A stretch of DNA of 40,192 bases, from contig JAZGCZ010000080.1 in assembly GCA_036477195.1 (NCBI GenBank), forward strand, positions 1-40,192, read 5' to 3'. Made by a program: the position numbers and the translations under genes. This DNA comes from Anaerolineales bacterium. GTDB taxonomy: Bacteria > Chloroflexota > Anaerolineae > Anaerolineales > E44-bin32. This document shows positions 36,547-40,192 of this stretch, in pieces (positions within the stretch are counted from its first letter, which is position 1; every line of letters begins with the position of its first letter). The notes under the pieces were generated by a model. The model was not told the origin of the DNA and did no database searches. It worked only from the letters and a program-made list of their open reading frames with translations.

Positions 36547-37233
36547 TTAGCTCTCGCTATCTGGTTCGGGCTCGGCCTCTGAATCAGTTTCTTCCTCGGC
36601 CTCTGCCTCCTCATCCAATTCCTCGCCTTCGGCCAGCTCCTCGAGCTCTTCTTCCTCGACGATCTCCTCAATAATCTCTTCTTCCTGATAGATCGGGCGC
36701 GCAATTAATTCATCTGGCTCCGTCAATATGGTGACGCCCTCTCCAGGGAAGAGATCGGAGACACTGATTGAATCGTCAAGATTCTCAAGGGTCTCAAGGT
36801 TGGCCGTAATTCTGTCTGGCAGGTCCGCGGGTAGAGCCTCCACCTCGACCGTAGATACGCCCGTGAGTAGAACGACCCCAGCCTCTTCGGCTGCCGGGGG
36901 TTCGCCGATTAATTCAATGGGTACCTGTGCTCGGATAGTCTCGTCCATGGCGACTTTGAGGAAATCGACATGCAGGTAATCGCCGCGAATCACGTCCCGC
37001 TGCACCCCTCGAACCAGGACCGAATGTGATTCGTCGTCAAAGTCGAGCTCGATCAAGGTTGAGCTGCTTGCGCGTGTAAGAATCCGTGAAGCTTCACGCC
37101 CGTCTAGTTCAATAGGCAAGGATACAATGCCTGCACCGTAAAGTACTCCAGGAAGCTGACCATTTTGCCGCAAGGTCTTGACCCGCTTTCCGATCAGCGT
37201 CCGCTTCTGTACTTTAAGTTTAGGAGTATCCAT
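36547..37233 (-). CDS. rplY: 50S ribosomal protein L25/Ctc (long form, acidic tail)
   Basis: LRQNGQLPGVLYG, VQRD...HVDF, VPIELIG, VEALPADLP. ATG 37233 follows GAGGTG. Confidence 0.95.
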   Translation of the reverse strand: MDTPKLKVQKRTLIGKRVKTLRQNGQLPGVLYGAGIVSLPIELDGREASRILTRASSSTLIELDFDDESHSVLVRGVQRDVIRGDYLHVDFLKVAMDETIRAQVPIELIGEPPAAEEAGVVLLTGVSTVEVEALPADLPDRITANLETLENLDDSISVSDLFPGEGVTILTEPDELIARPIYQEEEIIEEIVEEEELEELAEGEELDEEAEAEEETDSEAEPEPDSES

Positions 37234-37243
37234 CAATCGCACC

Positions 37244-37720
37244 TCAATTCTCGCTTCGCTTGCTCAAGAGACGACCCAACAGCATGAAAAGCCCGCCTAT
37301 AACTCCGGCTGCGAGACCTGCCAGCAGCGCGCCCCGAGTATCAAGATAAGTTTGCACGTCGCCATGAACCTCCCGAGCCACAAATATCAGGCTTGGACTG
37401 TTGCTCACCCGTAGCTCCCGCCCCACAATGAGGCCGGTCCTTGAGTCTTCAAGCTCTGTAGTGTCAGCCAGTACCAGCCCAGTTGTAGAGCCGAGCAACG
37501 AAATCTGCTCTCCGCGTACTCCAACTGCTCCGGATTGGCGCATCTCAATTCTACCGCCTTGAATGTTCCAGGCACCGCCCTGACGCATTTCAATATGATC
37601 AGCGGAAATGGATCGGGCTCCGCCCTGCGTGATTAATACTTCTTCTGCCTCGACGTGGTCTATTGTTCCGCCATCGAGGTTAATAGTTTCGGCATCTAAG
37701 TGTTCGTCCTTTTGATCCAT
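37244..37720 (-). CDS. Hypothetical protein with 15-aa beta-solenoid-like repeats and C-terminal TM helix
   Basis: Periodic I-x-M-x-Q-G-G-A repeats; hydrophobic C-terminus followed by basic residues. Confidence 0.75.
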   Translation of the reverse strand: MDQKDEHLDAETINLDGGTIDHVEAEEVLITQGGARSISADHIEMRQGGAWNIQGGRIEMRQSGAVGVRGEQISLLGSTTGLVLADTTELEDSRTGLIVGRELRVSNSPSLIFVAREVHGDVQTYLDTRGALLAGLAAGVIGGLFMLLGRLLSKRSEN

Positions 37721-37800
37721 CCCGATTCTCTTTCTAAGGTCCCAATGATCTCGCCGTGACTAAAATGCGCCAATCGGTCGGAATATGAATGTGAGTGGCA

Positions 37801-37837
37801 GAAAAATTGGGCCGTCCCTGCTTCCAGGACGCCCAAC
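37801..37837 (-). terminator. Terminator-like hairpin immediately after a promoter
   Basis: Minus strand TTGGGCGTCC-TGGAAGCA-GGGACGGCCCAA-TTTTTC. Confidence 0.55.
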
Positions 37838-37845
37838 GCCCGGCG

Positions 37846-37874
37846 ATTCTAACGGGGAAGGTGGGCCTCGTCAA
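37846..37874 (-). promoter_or_regulatory. Putative sigma70 promoter of hypothetical-rplY operon
   Basis: Minus strand TTGACG-17 bp-TAGAAT. Confidence 0.65.
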
Positions 37875-38037
37875 CATGATAGACTCGTCAGTTGCGTTAT
37901 GGTTTTGAGAATTAACTCACTCGAAATCAGCCCATCGGGCGGAAACCTGCGGCCCGATAGTTTCGAATGACGGCTGATCGGACACAGCTCGTCGAGCGGG
38001 GGAACGTGCAGCTAGGCAGTTTTGACGGACGGCTGAT

Positions 38038-38691
38038 TTGAAAATCTTGTTGGTGGTCTGGGTTTCGGCCACCACCTTGTTGCCAGTGCTGCGCCAGGTG
38101 CCTGGATTTGCCGAAATCACGGAGCCGGGACAAGGCCAGGCGGTGACTGGGATCGTCACGATTTTCGGAACCGCCACTCACCCAGCATTTCAGAGCTTTG
38201 ATCTAGCATTCAGTTTCGACCCAGACCCCACCGAAACCTGGTTCCCAATGGGCGAGGCGCTAGACACACCAGTCGTAGATAGTCGATTAGCGATCTGGGA
38301 CACCACCCAAATTACCGACGGTGTGTACCGTCTTCGACTGAGGGTACATGTCGACAGAGCTCCGCCGTTCGAAACCGTGGTCAATGGAATCCGCGTCAGA
38401 AACTATACGCCTACAGAGACTCCACCGCCTGAAGCCGAAACCGCTGAGCCCACAGAGGTGGCAGCGACCCCCGTCGCTGTCATCGAGCAGGAGCCTGAGG
38501 CACCCGTTGAGACACCCAGCCGATTTTCTTCTGCTCTTCGAGCTGGCATCTTCTTGGGACTTTTCCTCACGCTGGCAACTGCAGCGTATGTGCGCCTGGC
38601 GCCGAGAGTGCGCGCCTATTCCGGATATCTGCGCATGCGGCAGCTACACCGGCGGCAGGACCGCGCCCGACATGGCGGCAAGCGTGAGTAA
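38038..38691 (+). CDS. Hypothetical secreted/membrane protein with Ig-like domain
   Basis: Signal-like N-terminus, ITEP..GQAVTG.V.IFGTA, LAIWDTT.ITDG.Y.LRLRV, P/T/E linker, C-terminal TM helix. Confidence 0.8.
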   Translation: MKILLVVWVSATTLLPVLRQVPGFAEITEPGQGQAVTGIVTIFGTATHPAFQSFDLAFSFDPDPTETWFPMGEALDTPVVDSRLAIWDTTQITDGVYRLRLRVHVDRAPPFETVVNGIRVRNYTPTETPPPEAETAEPTEVAATPVAVIEQEPEAPVETPSRFSSALRAGIFLGLFLTLATAAYVRLAPRVRAYSGYLRMRQLHRRQDRARHGGKRE

Positions 38692-38897
38692 GCACCCGAT
38701 TATCGGATTGGGGAATCCCGGTCAACAAAGAGGCGGCAAGCGTGAGTAAGCACTCGATTATCGGATTGGGGAATCCCGGTCAGCAAAGAGGCGGCAAGCG
38801 TGAGTAAGCACCTCATTATCGGATTGGGGAACCCCGGTCAGCAAAGAGGCTGCGAGAGTGAGTAAGCATCTGATTATCGGATTGGGGAACCCCGGAC
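38674..38897 (+). repeat. Four 58-bp tandem copies of the junction upstream of pth; three mini-ORFs (38684-38749, 38742-38807, 38800-38865)
   Basis: Units at 38674, 38732, 38790 and 38848 (GGCGGCAAGCGTGAGTAAGCAC...GGATTGGGGAATCCCGG). Confidence 0.97.
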
Positions 38898-39427
38898 GTC
38901 ACTACCGCGGAAATCGGCATAACGCGGGCTATATGCTCATCGATCGGTTATTAGATATCTATGGCGCTGCTCTCAACCGCAGCGTATCAGAGGCGCTCGT
39001 AGCCGTAATTGAAAATGAGGATCGAACGCTGGTACTTGCCAAGCCCCAGACCTACGTCAACGAATCGGGTCGCGCCGTGGCTTCACTGGTCCGTTCCTTT
39101 GGAGTGGAGTTGCAGAATATGATGGTCGCTTTCGATGAGCTAGATATCGAACTGGGTGCGATCCGCATGAGACCCGCCGGCGGCTCCTCGGGGCATCGAG
39201 GCATGCGCTCAATCATCAATCACATGGAGACTCAGGAGTACCCGCGACTGCGGATCGGAATTGGCCGGCCGCCAGGTCGGCGCCCGGCGGCAGATCATGT
39301 TCTTTCCAATTTCAGCAAAGCTGAGATGGACATCCTGTCTGGCGTTCTTGAACGGGCCGCGGCTTGCGTCCAACAGTACCTGGGAGAGGGTATCCAGATC
39401 GCAATGACCGCCTGCAACCCAATCTGA
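38858..39427 (+). CDS. pth: Peptidyl-tRNA hydrolase
   Basis: LIIGLGNPG..Y..NRHNAG, KPQTYVNESG, GSSGHRGMRS, RLRIGIGRP. Confidence 0.97.
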   Translation: MSKHLIIGLGNPGRHYRGNRHNAGYMLIDRLLDIYGAALNRSVSEALVAVIENEDRTLVLAKPQTYVNESGRAVASLVRSFGVELQNMMVAFDELDIELGAIRMRPAGGSSGHRGMRSIINHMETQEYPRLRIGIGRPPGRRPAADHVLSNFSKAEMDILSGVLERAAACVQQYLGEGIQIAMTACNPI

Positions 39428-40192
39428 TGGATCTCTCCTCGCTCTTGCCAGCCCTACGCCAAGGTGTTGAGCCTCAGGAAGGAATATCGAGCGGGATTCT
39501 CCCGCTCCCCGCCTCCGCTCGAGCGCCAGTAGCTGCCTCTCTCATCTCAGAATTGTCGGGGCCACTGCTAATCGTCTCGCCGCGCTTCGACCGGGTACTG
39601 ACGCTCGCTCAAGAACTTCCCTACTGGATTCCACAATCGGAAGTCGCAATCTTTCCAGAGCCGGACCCGCTTTTCTACGAGAAGCTTCCCTGGGGTGAGC
39701 AGACTCGCCAGCAGCGCGCTGAAATTCTTGCCAAGCTGGCTGCCGAGACGAAGGCCGAGAACCACATTATTCTTGCCTCAGTTCGAGCCATTATGGCCGT
39801 GACTCTTTCACCAGATCAAATGCGCGAGAGCATTCGCGAACTCCAGATTGACCAGATGGTTGAAATCCAGGAGCTGCTGGAATTCCTATTGGGGATCGGC
39901 TACGAACCCGCGAGTATCGTGACCAATCGGGGGCAATATAGCCGGCGAGGAGGGATTCTCGATGTTTGGTCGAATTCAAGAAACAGCCCGGTTCGAATTG
40001 AGCTGTTTGGAGACCAAATTGATTCCATGCGGGAGTTCGAACCGGCCACTCAACGATCCTCGCGGAGAATTCGCAATCTTGAGCTCACACCCGCCCGCGA
40101 GGGTATTCCTAACTTCTTAGCGAAGACGCCCGAGCATGAATCGGAGCTGCATGAGTACTACATGCCGAGGGTCAACCCCGATGCTGCTGGAT
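39427..40192 (+). CDS. mfd: Transcription-repair coupling factor Mfd (3'-partial; absent from ORF track)
   Basis: Manual translation from ATG 39427 (TGATG overlap): FPEPDPLFYE...GYEP...GQYSRRGGILDVW...PVRIELFGDQIDSMREFEPATQRS. pth-mfd order is conserved in many bacteria. Confidence 0.93.
   Translation, partial: MDLSSLLPALRQGVEPQEGISSGILPLPASARAPVAASLISELSGPLLIVSPRFDRVLTLAQELPYWIPQSEVAIFPEPDPLFYEKLPWGEQTRQQRAEILAKLAAETKAENHIILASVRAIMAVTLSPDQMRESIRELQIDQMVEIQELLEFLLGIGYEPASIVTNRGQYSRRGGILDVWSNSRNSPVRIELFGDQIDSMREFEPATQRSSRRIRNLELTPAREGIPNFLAKTPEHESELHEYYMPRVNPDAAG

Noticed and set aside
37808-37837. SRP RNA because of GGAAGCAG on the minus strand
   Set aside because: The rest of the helix-8 motif and the long flanking stem are missing.
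38348-38749. 133-aa ORF ending in a Pth-like peptide
   Set aside because: Alternative frame of the 38038 gene; only the last 21 codons (first repeat mini-ORF) are meaningful.
38674-38897. CRISPR array or DGR template/variable repeats
   Set aside because: No spacers, no reverse transcriptase in the window, and differences are not adenine-specific.

Overview
A gene-dense, GC-rich bacterial core-chromosome segment. Protein features (Pro/Thr-rich linkers, L31 with a C-terminal extension, rpoC with a long clamp insertion) suggest Chloroflexota, probably Anaerolineae; this is an inference. Translation and transcription genes are rpsT, argS, a tRNA nucleotidyltransferase, rplU-rpmA-rpmE, a stand-alone rpoC, trmI, rplY and pth. 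DNA repair and modification genes are dinB, mutL, mfd (partial) and an orphan N4/N6 methyltransferase. It also carries tdk, hpt, two histidine kinases, two response regulators, mgtE, ctpA and several hypotheticals. No tRNA/rRNA, CRISPR array, transposase or integrase was seen. The main unexplained signal is a set of at least six diverged 57-73 bp tandem duplications located at gene ends and starts. At the three co-directional junctions with 8-nt start/stop overlaps, the duplications create intact 21-26 aa bridging mini-ORFs that preserve translational coupling, including a chain of three before pth. Other notable items: L31 fused to an RNA polymerase alphaCTD-like domain, a 49-aa in-frame-deleted sirtuin relic, a predicted CC-adding (loop-less) nucleotidyltransferase, and an ArcE/cDPGS-like ligase beside argS.
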